Shown: positions 18,382 through 29,093, numbered from the stretch's first letter. The stretch is DNA of 61,042 nucleotides from an uncultured Lichenihabitans sp. (GCA_964243125.1 CAXTEP010000002.1:2655-63696); one strand, 5' to 3'. Notes: generated by a model from the sequence alone, not told the origin. Made by a program: numbers and translations.

Positions 18382-19638
18382 ATGAAGAACCGGCGGGGCA
18401 TGGCGCCGACGCCGGAGGAGATCATGGGCGACCTTGGCGACCCGGCGCGCCTGCCGAACTCGCATTACTTCATCACGGTGGCGCGCGGCGGGGCGTGCCG
18501 GACCGTGTCGGTGCGCACCCGCCACCTTCGGGCCGCGGCCTGCGCGACGCTGCTGCTCGCCGCCTGGACGGCGTGTTCCAGCGCCTACCTGCTGTTCCAC
18601 GACGACCTGGTCGGCGCCATGATGGCGCGGGAAGCCCAGGTCCAATACGCCTACGAGGACCGCATCGCGGTGCTGCGCGCCGAGGTGGACCGGCAGGCGA
18701 GCGCCAAGCTCGTGGGCCAGACCAGGCTCGAAGCCACGGTGGACGGCCTAGCGCTCAGGGCCCGCACGCTCGAGGCCCGGGCCGACCTCGTGGCCCGGAT
18801 GGCGGCGCGGGTTGGTGACGCGCGGCCGACCGAGACCGCGGCGCGTCCCGCGCCTGAAGCCGCCAGGCCGCATCCCGAGCCTGAAACGGCCGCGCGGCCC
18901 CGCGATGGTCAGTCAGCCGCGCTGAGCATCCGGCTGTCCGACCTGACGGCCTCGCTCGAGCGGACGGACGCGCGCCAGTACGACGCCGTGGCGGCGGTCG
19001 GGCAGCAGGCGCGCCGGACCGCCGCGGCGTTTCGCGCCGCCGTGGCCGAAGCGGGGCTGTCGCCCGAGCGCTTCGGCGACGCACCGGCCGGCCAGGGCGG
19101 CCCGTTCGTGCCGATCGAGGGCGAGACGCGCACATCGCCGTTCGACCGGGCGCTCGCGTCCGTGCGGACCGACGTGGCCGAAGCCGAACGGTTCGGACGC
19201 GCCCTGCCGACCGTGCCGCTCGGGAGCCCCCTGCCGGGCACGCCGGACGTCACCTCGCCGTTCGGTCCGCGGCTCGACCCGTTCCTGGGCCGCCCGGCCC
19301 TGCACACAGGGCTCGACCTGCGCGAGGAAGCGGGCGCGGCGGTGCGCACCACCGCGGACGGTACCGTGGTGAGCGCCGGCCCGGCCGGCGGCTACGGCAC
19401 CATGGTCGAGATCGACCACGGGCACGGGCTGACGACCCGCTACGCCCACCTCGAATCCATTCTTGTGGACGCGGGACATCGGGTCGCGAAGGGTGACGCC
19501 GTGGGCCTGGTCGGGGCGACCGGCCGGGCCACGGGTCCTCACCTGCATTACGAAACCCGCATCGACGGCGAGCCCGTCGATCCGGCCCGGTTCCTTGACG
19601 CCGGGCGGCGCCTCGCGGACGCGGGCGAGGCGCGCTGA
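18382..19638 (+). CDS. M23 family metallopeptidase (TM + coiled coil + LytM domain)
   Basis: YAYEDRIA, HTGLD (HxxxD), GGYG..VEIDHG, YAHL, STGPHLHYE-like ATGPHLHYE. Confidence 0.88.
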   Translation: MKNRRGMAPTPEEIMGDLGDPARLPNSHYFITVARGGACRTVSVRTRHLRAAACATLLLAAWTACSSAYLLFHDDLVGAMMAREAQVQYAYEDRIAVLRAEVDRQASAKLVGQTRLEATVDGLALRARTLEARADLVARMAARVGDARPTETAARPAPEAARPHPEPETAARPRDGQSAALSIRLSDLTASLERTDARQYDAVAAVGQQARRTAAAFRAAVAEAGLSPERFGDAPAGQGGPFVPIEGETRTSPFDRALASVRTDVAEAERFGRALPTVPLGSPLPGTPDVTSPFGPRLDPFLGRPALHTGLDLREEAGAAVRTTADGTVVSAGPAGGYGTMVEIDHGHGLTTRYAHLESILVDAGHRVAKGDAVGLVGATGRATGPHLHYETRIDGEPVDPARFLDAGRRLADAGEAR

Positions 19639-19713
19639 TCGGCGTGGCCGGGGCGTGACACGCGCCGGGACGGCCCGGTCGCAGCACGGGCGCGGCGATC
19701 CCGCGAAACCGCC

Positions 19714-21066
19714 ATGATGTTCACCGATCATCCGCCTGTTTGCGGTGATGGTTCGCTGGACACGACGGGGATAACGGGTTCGGCGATGCTCAGGCCAGGT
19801 GCAGGATCGGTCCGCCCCGACGGACCCGCGTTCGGCCGCGGGCGACGTCCGGCGCCTCGGGGCTTCGGCGCTCGGGCGCGGCGCGGTGCCGCCGCGGGAT
19901 TGCTGGTAGCGGGCTGCCTCACGCTGGCGGCCTGCGCGTCCCTGGACATGGCGCGCGTGCCCTACACGGCGAGCGAGGCCGCCCTCGCCGACGTTCCCGG
20001 CATGCCTCACGTCCGGTTCTACGCCGACAGCGACGCGTCGGTGTTCGACAGCTACACCCGCGGGCTCCGGGGTGCGGGGGCCCGGCAAGGGCCGATCAGC
20101 TACCTGGCCATGTCGGGCGGCGGCGGCGACGGCGCCTTCGGGGCCGGGCTGCTGAAAGGCCTGAGCGAGACCGGCCGCCGGCCGGCCTTCACGATCGTGT
20201 CGGGCGTCAGCACCGGCGCCCTGATGGCCCCCTTCGTGTTCCTGGGGCCGCAATACGACGACCGGCTGGCCGCCCTGTACACCGGCGACTTCGGCGAAAG
20301 CCTCGTGTCCGACGCCAACATCGTCAACGGGCTGCTGGGCAACGCGCTGGTCGACACGGACCGGCTCGGCCGGCTGGTGGCCGCCAACCTGGACCAGTCC
20401 GTGCTCGACCAGGTCGCGGCCGAACACCGCAAGGGGCGACGCCTGTTCGTCGCCACCACGAACCTCGACGCGCAGCGTCCCGTCGTGTGGGACATGGGCG
20501 CCATCGCGTCGAGCGGGTCGCCGAATGCGCTGTCGCTGTTCCGGCAGGTCCTGGCCGCGTCGGCCTCGATCCCCGGCCTGTTCCCGCCGCGACTTGTGGA
20601 CGTGGAAGCGGAGGGCCGCGCCTTCAAGGAGATGCACGTCGACGGCGGCACGATCCAGCAGATCTTCGTGGCACCCGACGACGTGCTGTTCGGCGCCGGA
20701 GCCGACAAGGGGTTGCCGCAGCTGAAGGATCTTTACGTGCTGCTCAACAACAAGGTCGACCCCGCGTTCCGCGTCGTGGACAACGACACGATCGCGGTGG
20801 GGACGCGGTCGCTGCAGACGGTGTTGAAGCGGGAAGTGCGCAGCAACGTGCTCGCCTCCTACGCCTACGCGCACCGGCACGGCATCAGGTTTCACACCGC
20901 CTCCGTCGAGGGCCGCGTGAGCGAGGACGAGCCACTCGGGTTCGACCCCGCCTCCATGCGGCGGCTCTACGACATGGGCGAAGCGCAGGGACGCTCCAAG
21001 CTTCCCTGGCTGGACGCCCCGGCCCTGGCGAGCCGTCCCCTGGCGAGCGGGATGGCGGCGCGCTGA
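19714..21066 (+). CDS. Patatin-like phospholipase, probable lipoprotein
   Basis: SGGGGDGAFGAG, GVSTG nucleophile motif, HVDGG, lipobox LAAC; true start probably downstream of 19714. Confidence 0.85.
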   Translation: MMFTDHPPVCGDGSLDTTGITGSAMLRPGAGSVRPDGPAFGRGRRPAPRGFGARARRGAAAGLLVAGCLTLAACASLDMARVPYTASEAALADVPGMPHVRFYADSDASVFDSYTRGLRGAGARQGPISYLAMSGGGGDGAFGAGLLKGLSETGRRPAFTIVSGVSTGALMAPFVFLGPQYDDRLAALYTGDFGESLVSDANIVNGLLGNALVDTDRLGRLVAANLDQSVLDQVAAEHRKGRRLFVATTNLDAQRPVVWDMGAIASSGSPNALSLFRQVLAASASIPGLFPPRLVDVEAEGRAFKEMHVDGGTIQQIFVAPDDVLFGAGADKGLPQLKDLYVLLNNKVDPAFRVVDNDTIAVGTRSLQTVLKREVRSNVLASYAYAHRHGIRFHTASVEGRVSEDEPLGFDPASMRRLYDMGEAQGRSKLPWLDAPALASRPLASGMAAR

Positions 21067-21166
21067 GGCCGCGGCGCGGCGCCGCTCGTCGCACGCTCCC
21101 GCAGCCCGTTCTTGACCCCGGCCCCACCCGACACACCTACGGGGAAGCTGGGGGGAGAACGCGGCC

Positions 21167-21397
21167 ATGTTCGAGGTGTGGGTTTGCAAGGAGGAGCCGG
21201 TGGTCCGGCTCGTGGTCAGCAAGGGCGGCGCGCTCCCGGTCAGCCTGGGCAGCCGCGACTGGAAGCTGCTCGGGCCCTACGAGGCGACGCCCGAGATGAC
21301 CCGGGAAGTCGAGGAGCGGGGCTTCGCGTTCTTCCAGTCGGACGAACCCGTTCCGGACCCGCGAAGCCTGAAGGACGCCAACGCGACCGGCTCGTGA
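21167..21397 (+). CDS. Small hypothetical protein (76 aa)
   Basis: GGAG RBS, GC3-biased codon usage, globular-looking sequence MFEVWVCKEEPVVRLVV... Confidence 0.6.
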   Translation: MFEVWVCKEEPVVRLVVSKGGALPVSLGSRDWKLLGPYEATPEMTREVEERGFAFFQSDEPVPDPRSLKDANATGS

Positions 21398-21942
21398 GCG
21401 GCGGCGACCAGGCCGGTCAGGCCTGCGGGCCGCGTTCCAGCGTCAAGGGCCGACAGAAGTTTCGCTTGAACCGGCGCCGGAGCGCGTGATGCCGTGGGAG
21501 CGGCCGCACGGCGCTCGCGCGGCGGAGTCCCGATCTCACGCTCGATCGGACGTGCGGGATTGCCGGCCACGAACATGCGGGGCGGCACGTCGGACATCAC
21601 CACCGCGCCGGTCGCCACCACGGAGCCGTCGCCGATCGCGACGCCCGGCATGACGATGGCGCTCGGCCCGATGCGGCACCGGTCGCCGATGCGGGTTCGG
21701 ACGCCGGTCCGGCCCCTGACGGTGTCGTCGGACAGGATCAGCGCGCCGTCGCCGATGTCCGTGTCGCGCCCGATCACGATGCTTCCCGGCTCACGGCCGT
21801 CCAGCGCCGCCTGCACGCCGATCAGGGTGCGGCGGCCGAAGGCAAGGCCGCGGACATGCCGGAGGTCGGCGATCCTGCAGCACATCGCGGCCGGGCCGAG
21901 GCTGCCCCGCAGGTCGGGCCACGAACCGTTCCGGAACATCAT
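21277..21942 (-). CDS. Hexapeptide-repeat (LbH) acyltransferase, possibly degenerate
   Basis: IGDRCRIGPSAIVMPGVAIGDGSVVATGAVVMSDVPP..VAGNPAR; long low-complexity run-on tail overlapping the opposite ORF. Confidence 0.6.
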   Translation of the reverse strand: MMFRNGSWPDLRGSLGPAAMCCRIADLRHVRGLAFGRRTLIGVQAALDGREPGSIVIGRDTDIGDGALILSDDTVRGRTGVRTRIGDRCRIGPSAIVMPGVAIGDGSVVATGAVVMSDVPPRMFVAGNPARPIEREIGTPPRERRAAAPTASRAPAPVQAKLLSALDAGTRPAGLTGLVAAAHEPVALASFRLRGSGTGSSDWKNAKPRSSTSRVISGVAS

Positions 21943-22172
21943 CTGCCTGGCCGTGGCCGCCGCCGGTTCAAGCCGCCTCGTCCGCGCCGCCGAACCAGCG
22001 GGATGGGAGGGCGGGCGCGCAGATCGGAGTTGTCTGCCGCGGCAGGATGCCGGCCGAAAACCGAAGACTATCTTAGCGCGACCCGGGATCTTCCGGCCGG
22101 CCAACGCTTCACGGGAGCGTCCGTCCCGGAGTGCTCGGACGAACGCCGCCGCAGGCCTTTGCTTCCGGGCGC

Positions 22173-23519
22173 CTACTCGAAGTGGTACGCGAAGCCGGCC
22201 CGCACCGTGTTGCCTTCGCGGGTCAGCGAGCTCGTGACGCCGTTCAGGTCGACGTGCTTGCGGTTCGAGTCGAAGGCGTAGACATCCTCGATGCGGAGCG
22301 ACACGCGCTCCGACACCCGGTAGTCGAGGCCGCCGCCCGCCACGAAGGCGTCGAGCGGCACCCGGCCGCGCTGCGAAGTCGTGACCGTGTCGCGGATCTC
22401 GCCGCGGCCGAACGAGTAGCCGGCGGCCAGGAACGGCAGGAAGTTGCCGTAGGCGTATCCCACCCGACCGCGGATGTCGGCGTTCACGTATTCCCGGTAG
22501 CGGGTGTTGTCCGATGCGCCACCCGGGCCGATCGGGATAACCTTGTGGCCGGTCGCGTCCACGAAGGACGTGCTGCCGTCGAAGCCCACCATGTAGCGGC
22601 CGAACATGAAGTTCGTGCCCGCGTAGATGCCGCCGAGCCCGCCGTCGGGGTCGATGTCGCGGGTGCCCTGGCCCGCGATCCTGGCATGGATGGTCGGGCT
22701 CGCGTAGCCCGCCAGCAGACCGCCGTAGCCGCCGCCCCAGTTCACGTCGCCCGCCGCGTCGGCGTAGGGGCGCGGGGGATTGTCGCCGAAGCGGTAGATC
22801 AGGGCGCCGCGGATGATGCTGCTGTCCTGCTTCATGCGGTAGACCTGGCCGGCGTAGGTGTAGGTTTCGGCCGGCAGGTTCTGATAGATGTACTCGCCGC
22901 GCAGGGTGACCGGCCCGAGCAGCCAGCTCGGCAGGCTGGCGAACAGCTGTTGCGGGAACAGCTTGTATTCGAGGCCCGCGCCCACGGTCCAGCCGACGCT
23001 GTCCCGGTTCTGCCCGTACCATTGCGGCACGTTGCCGAGGCCGCCGGGGCCGGACAGGTAGCTCTCGTTGTACACGCCGCCGCCAGCCACGAAGGGCATG
23101 AACTGGCCGAACTCGTAGCCCAGGATGCCGCGGAACCGGATGTCGTAGAGCGAGTCGTCATGGGCTGCCACCAGGCCGTTGCCCGTGATGTTGCCGCGGA
23201 TGACGTTAAGGTCGATCGAGCCTTCGAGGCCGAACACGTAGTGTCCGTACTGGAAGTTGTAGCCGACCAGCGCGCCGCCCGTCTGCCCGTCGATGTCGCG
23301 CGAGCGCCGCGCGCCGCCCTGGCTGTTGCGGAACGTGTTGAACCCGTACCCGTAGGTGGTCCCGACGTAGACGCCGGACCAGTTGTCGACGTTGATCACC
23401 GGCGAGGCGGCGAAGACGGGCGGCGCGGTTCGGGATGGAAGGTCGGCCGCGTGCGCCGCGATGGAGCAGGTCATGAGCCCGACGAGCGGGCCCAGGCCCT
23501 TCACGATTGTTTGACGCAT
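22173..23519 (-). CDS. Outer-membrane protein with two tandem Omp25/RopB-like beta-barrels
   Basis: Signal peptide AHA|ADLP; NWSGVYVG...LIYRFG first unit and NWGGGYGG...RAGFAYHF second unit. Confidence 0.82.
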   Translation of the reverse strand: MRQTIVKGLGPLVGLMTCSIAAHAADLPSRTAPPVFAASPVINVDNWSGVYVGTTYGYGFNTFRNSQGGARRSRDIDGQTGGALVGYNFQYGHYVFGLEGSIDLNVIRGNITGNGLVAAHDDSLYDIRFRGILGYEFGQFMPFVAGGGVYNESYLSGPGGLGNVPQWYGQNRDSVGWTVGAGLEYKLFPQQLFASLPSWLLGPVTLRGEYIYQNLPAETYTYAGQVYRMKQDSSIIRGALIYRFGDNPPRPYADAAGDVNWGGGYGGLLAGYASPTIHARIAGQGTRDIDPDGGLGGIYAGTNFMFGRYMVGFDGSTSFVDATGHKVIPIGPGGASDNTRYREYVNADIRGRVGYAYGNFLPFLAAGYSFGRGEIRDTVTTSQRGRVPLDAFVAGGGLDYRVSERVSLRIEDVYAFDSNRKHVDLNGVTSSLTREGNTVRAGFAYHFE

Positions 23520-23684
23520 AAGGTACGGCCCACCGCATTTAAACCGGAGCGGATGCTACACGCATGTTCGCGGCGGCAAAAGTTGCACGGGACCCCGGCC
23601 GCAGCTATCCGGAAGCAGTGTGGCCTTTTCATCATAAAACGGCGAAACGCGGCGGTGCCGGGCGCGGAAGATCGCACCCCCTGC

Positions 23685-24932
23685 TCAGGACCGGTAGTCG
23701 CCGTTGATGGCGACGTAATCCTTGGTCAGGTCGCAGGTCCACACCGTGGCGTCGCCGGTGCCGACACCGAGGTCGGCCCGGATCGTGATGTGGTCGCCGC
23801 GCATGTAGGCCGACACCGCGGCCTCGTCGTAGCCGGGGTCGCGCAAGCCTTCCGCGGCGACCCGGATCGGGCCGAACCAGATCGCCAGCCTGTCGCGCTC
23901 GGCGCGCTCGCCCGCCTTGCCGACCGCCATCACGACCCGGCCCCAGTTGGCGTCCTCGCCCGCCACCGCGGTCTTGACCAGCGGGGAATTGGCGATTGAC
24001 TTCGCCACGATCCTGGCGGCCGCGGCGGAGTCCGCGCCCGTGACGGTGATTTCCACGAACTTGCGGGCGCCCTCGCCGTCGCGCACCACCTGGTGGGCGA
24101 GGTCGAGGGTGACGCGCCGCAGCGCGTCGCGGAACGCCGCGACGCGAGGGTCGGCGGGGTCATCGATGGCCGGCACGCCGCGGGCCCGGGCCGCCCCGGT
24201 CGCGAACATGAGCAGCGTGTCGGAGGTCGAGGTGTCGCCGTCGACCGTGATGGCGTTGAACGACCGGTCGGCGGCGTCGGCCAGCATGGCCTGGAGGGCC
24301 GCGGCCCCAACCGGCGCGTCGGTGAACACGAAGCTCAGCATGGTGGCCATGTCGGGCGCGATCATGCCCGAGCCCTTGGCCATGCCGGCGAGCGTCACGG
24401 GCACGCCCGCAATCGCGACCGTGGCGCTCGCCACCTTGGGAAACGTATCGGTCGTCATGATGGCGCGGGCCGCGGCCGGCAGGGCGTCGGCGCGGGCCTC
24501 GGCGCCGAGCCGTTCCAGCACCCCGGCGAAGCGGGACGCGTCCAGCGGCTCGCCGATCACGCCCGTGGACGCCAGGAACACCTCGTCGGCCGCGACCCCG
24601 AACGCGTCGGCGGCCCGCCGGGCCGTCTGCTCGGCCGCCTCGGCGCCCCGCCGCCCCGTGAACGCGTTGGCGTTGCCCGAGTTCACCACCAGGGCCCGGG
24701 CGCGGCCGTTGCCGAGCCTGGCCCGGCACCAGTCCACGGGGGCGGAGGGGCATTTGGTGCGGGTCAGCACGCCCGCGACCGCGGTGCCCTCGTCGAGCAG
24801 CGCCACCATGACGTCGGTGCGCCCCCGGTAGCGGATACCCGCCTCGCCGGCCGCGAACCGCACGCCGGGAACCGGCGGAACGACGGCCTGCTCCTTGGGG
24901 GCGAGCGGCGACATCGGGATGGGATGAGCCAT
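23685..24932 (-). CDS. argJ: Bifunctional glutamate N-acetyltransferase / amino-acid acetyltransferase
   Basis: [56 protein letters not shown]. Confidence 0.96.
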   Translation of the reverse strand: MAHPIPMSPLAPKEQAVVPPVPGVRFAAGEAGIRYRGRTDVMVALLDEGTAVAGVLTRTKCPSAPVDWCRARLGNGRARALVVNSGNANAFTGRRGAEAAEQTARRAADAFGVAADEVFLASTGVIGEPLDASRFAGVLERLGAEARADALPAAARAIMTTDTFPKVASATVAIAGVPVTLAGMAKGSGMIAPDMATMLSFVFTDAPVGAAALQAMLADAADRSFNAITVDGDTSTSDTLLMFATGAARARGVPAIDDPADPRVAAFRDALRRVTLDLAHQVVRDGEGARKFVEITVTGADSAAAARIVAKSIANSPLVKTAVAGEDANWGRVVMAVGKAGERAERDRLAIWFGPIRVAAEGLRDPGYDEAAVSAYMRGDHITIRADLGVGTGDATVWTCDLTKDYVAINGDYRS

Positions 24933-24953
24933 GGCGGCGATCCGGGGCCGGCG

Positions 24954-25838
24954 TTACGGCTTGGGCGCGTCGGCCGGGGCCGCCGGAGCCGCCGGAGCCG
25001 CGTCAGGCGTGGCGGGGCCCGTCGGGGCCGCGGCGGCCGGACCGGCCTCGGTCCGCTCGATCTTGGCGGACTGGCGCAGCTTGGTGATGGCGTCGCTCTG
25101 GGCCTTCTGGACCACGTAGCGGGTCACCTGGTCCTTCACGGCGTCGAACGGCGGGAACGCCTTCGGGCGCTTGTCCTCGAGCTTGATGACGTGCCAGCCG
25201 AACTCGCTCTTCACGGGATCGGACACCTGCCCCTTGTCGAGCTTGGCGGCCGCGTTGGCGAATTCGGGCACCATCTTGTCCCTGGTGAACCAGCCGAGGT
25301 CGCCCCCCTGGGAGCCCGGGTCCTTGGACACCTCGTCGGCCACCTTGGCGAAGTCCTCGCCACCCTTGACGCGGGCCAGCGCCGCCTTGGCCTCGGCCTC
25401 GGTGGGCACGAGGATGTGGCGCGCGTGGTATTCCTCCTCGGGCTTCTGCTGCTTGGCCACGTCGTCGTAGACCTTGTGCTCGGCCTCGTCGGTCGCGGCC
25501 GCCTTGGCGATGCCGCCGAGCACGCCCTCCATCAGGGTCTTGTCGTGGTAATAGGCCATCGCCCTCGCGAAATCGGCCGTGTCGGCGATCCCGTCCTTGG
25601 CGCCCTGCGCGGCCGCGAGCTTCAGGTCGATGAGGTAGTCGAGCACGTAGGTGCTGCGCTCCGCGCCCTTGAGCTGCGCCGGCAGGGTCGCGCCCAGATC
25701 CTGGGTGGCGACGCGCACGTCGTCGTCGGTGATCTCGGCGCCGTTGACGGTGGCCAGAACCTTGGCCGAGGCCGGCGCGGGTCCGGCGAGGAAAACAAGG
25801 GCGGCGGCGGCCAGAAGCGTGTTTCGTGTTCCCGACAT
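24954..25838 (-). CDS. Periplasmic parvulin (PpiC-type) peptidyl-prolyl isomerase
   Basis: Signal peptide, HARHILV, GGDLGWF, MVPEF, VKSEFGWHVIK; conserved argJ-PPIase-secA context. Confidence 0.9.
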   Translation of the reverse strand: MSGTRNTLLAAAALVFLAGPAPASAKVLATVNGAEITDDDVRVATQDLGATLPAQLKGAERSTYVLDYLIDLKLAAAQGAKDGIADTADFARAMAYYHDKTLMEGVLGGIAKAAATDEAEHKVYDDVAKQQKPEEEYHARHILVPTEAEAKAALARVKGGEDFAKVADEVSKDPGSQGGDLGWFTRDKMVPEFANAAAKLDKGQVSDPVKSEFGWHVIKLEDKRPKAFPPFDAVKDQVTRYVVQKAQSDAITKLRQSAKIERTEAGPAAAAPTGPATPDAAPAAPAAPADAPKP

Positions 25839-25881
25839 CAAGCACTCTCCATTGCGGCGCCCGGCTTCCCGGGCGGGCGCG

Positions 25882-25938
25882 GTCGTCCGCGGGCGGACCG
25901 TGTCGTCCGCGGGCGGACCAGTCGTCCGCGGGCCGACC
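25882..25938. repeat. Three near-tandem copies of an 18-bp palindromic unit GTCGTCCGCGGGCGGACC
   Basis: Copies at 25882-25899, 25902-25919 and 25921-25938 (third has one mismatch); each contains the GTCCGC/GCGGAC inverted repeat. Confidence 0.85.
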
Positions 25939-26035
25939 GTCGGTCGCGACCGGGCCCGGTCTAGTCATCCATCAAGGCGTTGGTGCGACAGGCCGGGTGG
26001 AAGCCGGCGCGCCCCGCCCCCGCGGTCCGGTTGCA

Positions 26036-26063
26036 TTGACAAGGTTTCGGGGCGCTCATATCT
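26036..26063 (+). promoter_or_regulatory. Putative secA promoter
   Basis: TTGACA (26036-26041) ... CATATCT (26057-26063), similar to alphaproteobacterial RpoD/RpoH promoters. Confidence 0.45.
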
Positions 26064-26239
26064 GCGTTCACGGTCTTTTGCCACGGCTTTCTTGCCGTTG
26101 GGGTCGCGGCGCGAGGCGCTTCGGCGCCGCCGTGCCCGCACGGCCGGCGCGCGCCCCCGAGGGTGCGAGGCAGGCGGGAGGGCGTGACCTTCCTGACTCA
26201 TTGGCGAGCCGCATCGAGCGGCTTCGAAAGGTCTGACGC

Positions 26240-29065
26240 ATGCTCGGTTCGCTCGCACGGAAGATTTTCGGCTCCTCGAACGACCGGCGGCTGAAAACCT
26301 ATTCGTCCCGCGTCGCGGCCGTGAACGCGCTGGAAACCGAGGTCGCGGCGCTGTCGGACGCGGAACTCGCGGGCCGCACCGCCCATTTCCGCGCTGAGCT
26401 CGCGGGCGGCCGCACCCTCGACGACATCCTGGTTCCCGCCTTCGCGACCGTGCGAGAGGCCGCCAAGCGCGTGCTCGGGCAGCGCCACTTCGACGTGCAG
26501 CTGATCGGCGGCATGGTGCTGCACGAGGGCGCCATCGCCGAGATGCGCACCGGCGAGGGCAAGACCCTGGTCGCGACCCTCGCCACCTACCTCAACGCGC
26601 TGGCGGACCGCGGCGTCCACGTCGTCACCGTGAACGACTACCTGGCCCGGCGCGACGCCGAATGGATGGGTCGGATCTACACGTTCCTGGGCCTGAGCGT
26701 AGGCGTAATCGTGCACGGACTCGACGACGCCGAGCGCAAGGCCGCCTACGCGGCCGACATCACCTACGGCACCAACAACGAATACGGGTTCGACTACCTG
26801 CGCGACAACATGAAGTACGAGCTGAACCAGATGGTGCAGCGCGGCCACGCTTTCGCGATCGTCGACGAGGTGGACTCCATCCTGGTCGACGAGGCCCGCA
26901 CGCCGCTCATCATCTCGGGACCGTCGGACGACAAGTCCGAGCTGTACAACCAGATCGACAAGCTGATCCCCCACCTCGTGCGCGAGGACTACGACCTCGA
27001 CGAGAAGCAGCGCACCACCAACCTGACGGAAGCCGGCAACGAGCACATCGAGGCCCTGCTGGCCGAGGCGGGGCTGCTCGAAGGCTCGCTCTACGAGGCC
27101 GCCAACGCCACGCTGGTGCATCACGTGCAGCAGGCGCTGCGGGCCCACAAGCTGTTCGGGCGCGACAAGGACTACATCGTCCGCAACGACGAGGTGGTGA
27201 TCATCGACGAGTTCTCGGGCCGCATGATGCCGGGCCGGCGCTATTCGGAAGGGTTGCACCAGGCGCTGGAGGCCAAGGAGCACGTCACCGTCCAGCCCGA
27301 GAACGTGACGCTCGCCTCCATCACGTTCCAGAACTACTTCCGGCTCTACAGGAAGCTCGCCGGCATGACCGGCACGGCCGCCACCGAGGCCGACGAGTTC
27401 GCCGAAATCTACAAGCTCGACGTGATCGAGATCCCGACCAACCGGCCCGTGACGCGGGTCGACGCCGACGACGAGGTGTACCGCACCGGCGAGGAGAAGC
27501 TGCGCGCCATCGTCACGGAGATCGAAGACGCCAACGCCCGCATGCAGCCGCTGCTGGTCGGCACCACGTCGATCGAGCGGTCCGAGCAGCTCGGCGACAT
27601 GCTGGCCAAGCAGGGATACCGGCGCATTGACTTCGCGGCGCCCCGCGCGCTGGACGGCCTTTACGCGGCCGCCCGGGGGGGCAAGCCCTCCAGGAGTTTC
27701 GCGATCCTGAACGCCCGCTTCCACGAGCAGGAAGCTTATATCGTGGCCGAGGCGGGCGTGCCCGGCGCCATCACGATCGCCACCAACATGGCCGGGCGCG
27801 GCACCGACATCAAGCTGGGCGGCAGCGAGGACATGCGGGTCGCCACCGAATGCGCAGGGATCGAGCCCGGCCCCGAGCGCGACGCCAAGGAGGCCGCGAT
27901 CCGGGCCGAGATCGCCGACTTCAAGGCTCGCGCGATCGCGGCCGGGGGCCTCTACATCGTGGGCACCGAGCGCCACGAGAGCCGCCGCATCGACAACCAG
28001 CTGCGCGGCCGGTCGGGCCGCCAGGGCGATCCCGGCGCCTCGAAGTTCTTCCTGTCGCTGCAGGACGACCTGATGCGCATCTTCGGGTCCGAGCGGATGG
28101 ACGCCGTGCTGACCCGCCTGGGGCTGCAGGAGAACGAGGCCATCGTCCACCCCTGGATCAACAAGGCGCTCGAAAAGGCCCAGCAGAAGGTCGAGGCCCG
28201 CAACTTCGACATGCGCAAGAACGTGCTCAAATACGACAACGTGATGAACGACCAGCGCAAGGTCGTGTTCGAGCAGCGCCGCGAAATGATGGGCCAGGAC
28301 ACGCTGGAGGAGCAGATCACCGAGATGCGCGACGGCGTGGTCGACGACCTCGTGGCGCGCTTCATCCCGCCCGACGCCTACGCGGAATCCTGGGACTCGG
28401 CGGGCCTCAAGCGGGCCACGCAGGAAACCCTCGCGCTCGACCTGCCGGTCGAGGACTGGGCCGGTGAGGAAGGGATAGGCGACGAGGAACTGGCCGAGCG
28501 GCTCCGCAAGGGCGCGGGCGAGGCCTATGCGGCGCGGGTTGCCAGGAACACGCCCGACGTGATGCGCTACGTCGAGAAGCAGGTCGTGCTGCAATCGCTC
28601 GACCACCTGTGGCGCGAGCACCTCGTCGTGCTGGACCACCTGCGCCAGGTGATCGGCTGGCGCGGCATGGCGCAGCGCGATCCGCTGAACGAGTACAAGT
28701 CGGAAGCCTTCGAACTGTTCAACGGCCTGATCGTCCGGCTGCGCGAGGCCACGACGGCCCAGCTCATGCGGGTCGAGGTGGCGTTCGAGCCGCCCTCGGG
28801 CGAGCTGCCGCCCATGTTCGCGTCCCACATCGATCCCCTGAGCGGCGACGACGAACTGGCCGTGGCGGAAAGCACCGCCCGGTTCGGCGGCGGCGGTGAC
28901 TTCGCGCTCGCGGCGGCGGGCACGACCGCGGTGCTGGCCGCCCCGGACGTCGAAACCCAGCGGGACCCGCAGGCCCCCGCGACCTGGGGCAAGGTCGGCC
29001 GCAACGAGCTTTGCCCGTGCGGATCGGGCCGCAAGTACAAGCACTGCCACGGCGCGCTGGCCTGA
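26240..29065 (+). CDS. secA: Preprotein translocase subunit SecA
   Basis: [57 protein letters not shown]-terminal [14 protein letters not shown]. Confidence 0.98.
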   Translation: MLGSLARKIFGSSNDRRLKTYSSRVAAVNALETEVAALSDAELAGRTAHFRAELAGGRTLDDILVPAFATVREAAKRVLGQRHFDVQLIGGMVLHEGAIAEMRTGEGKTLVATLATYLNALADRGVHVVTVNDYLARRDAEWMGRIYTFLGLSVGVIVHGLDDAERKAAYAADITYGTNNEYGFDYLRDNMKYELNQMVQRGHAFAIVDEVDSILVDEARTPLIISGPSDDKSELYNQIDKLIPHLVREDYDLDEKQRTTNLTEAGNEHIEALLAEAGLLEGSLYEAANATLVHHVQQALRAHKLFGRDKDYIVRNDEVVIIDEFSGRMMPGRRYSEGLHQALEAKEHVTVQPENVTLASITFQNYFRLYRKLAGMTGTAATEADEFAEIYKLDVIEIPTNRPVTRVDADDEVYRTGEEKLRAIVTEIEDANARMQPLLVGTTSIERSEQLGDMLAKQGYRRIDFAAPRALDGLYAAARGGKPSRSFAILNARFHEQEAYIVAEAGVPGAITIATNMAGRGTDIKLGGSEDMRVATECAGIEPGPERDAKEAAIRAEIADFKARAIAAGGLYIVGTERHESRRIDNQLRGRSGRQGDPGASKFFLSLQDDLMRIFGSERMDAVLTRLGLQENEAIVHPWINKALEKAQQKVEARNFDMRKNVLKYDNVMNDQRKVVFEQRREMMGQDTLEEQITEMRDGVVDDLVARFIPPDAYAESWDSAGLKRATQETLALDLPVEDWAGEEGIGDEELAERLRKGAGEAYAARVARNTPDVMRYVEKQVVLQSLDHLWREHLVVLDHLRQVIGWRGMAQRDPLNEYKSEAFELFNGLIVRLREATTAQLMRVEVAFEPPSGELPPMFASHIDPLSGDDELAVAESTARFGGGGDFALAAAGTTAVLAAPDVETQRDPQAPATWGKVGRNELCPCGSGRKYKHCHGALA

Positions 29066-29093
29066 GAACCAAGGTGAGAACGGGCCGCGCCGG

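Noticed and set aside
18825-18905. Short ETAARP-like repeats in the M23 peptidase
   Set aside because: Ordinary Pro/Ala-rich linker with degenerate duplication
23570-23640. TGTGGC-N6-ATCATA and similar dyad-like motifs upstream of the porin gene
   Set aside because: Too degenerate to assign a regulator from sequence alone
25882-25938. Triple palindromic repeat as a mini-CRISPR
   Set aside because: The units are separated by only 1-2 nt (no spacers) and there are no cas genes
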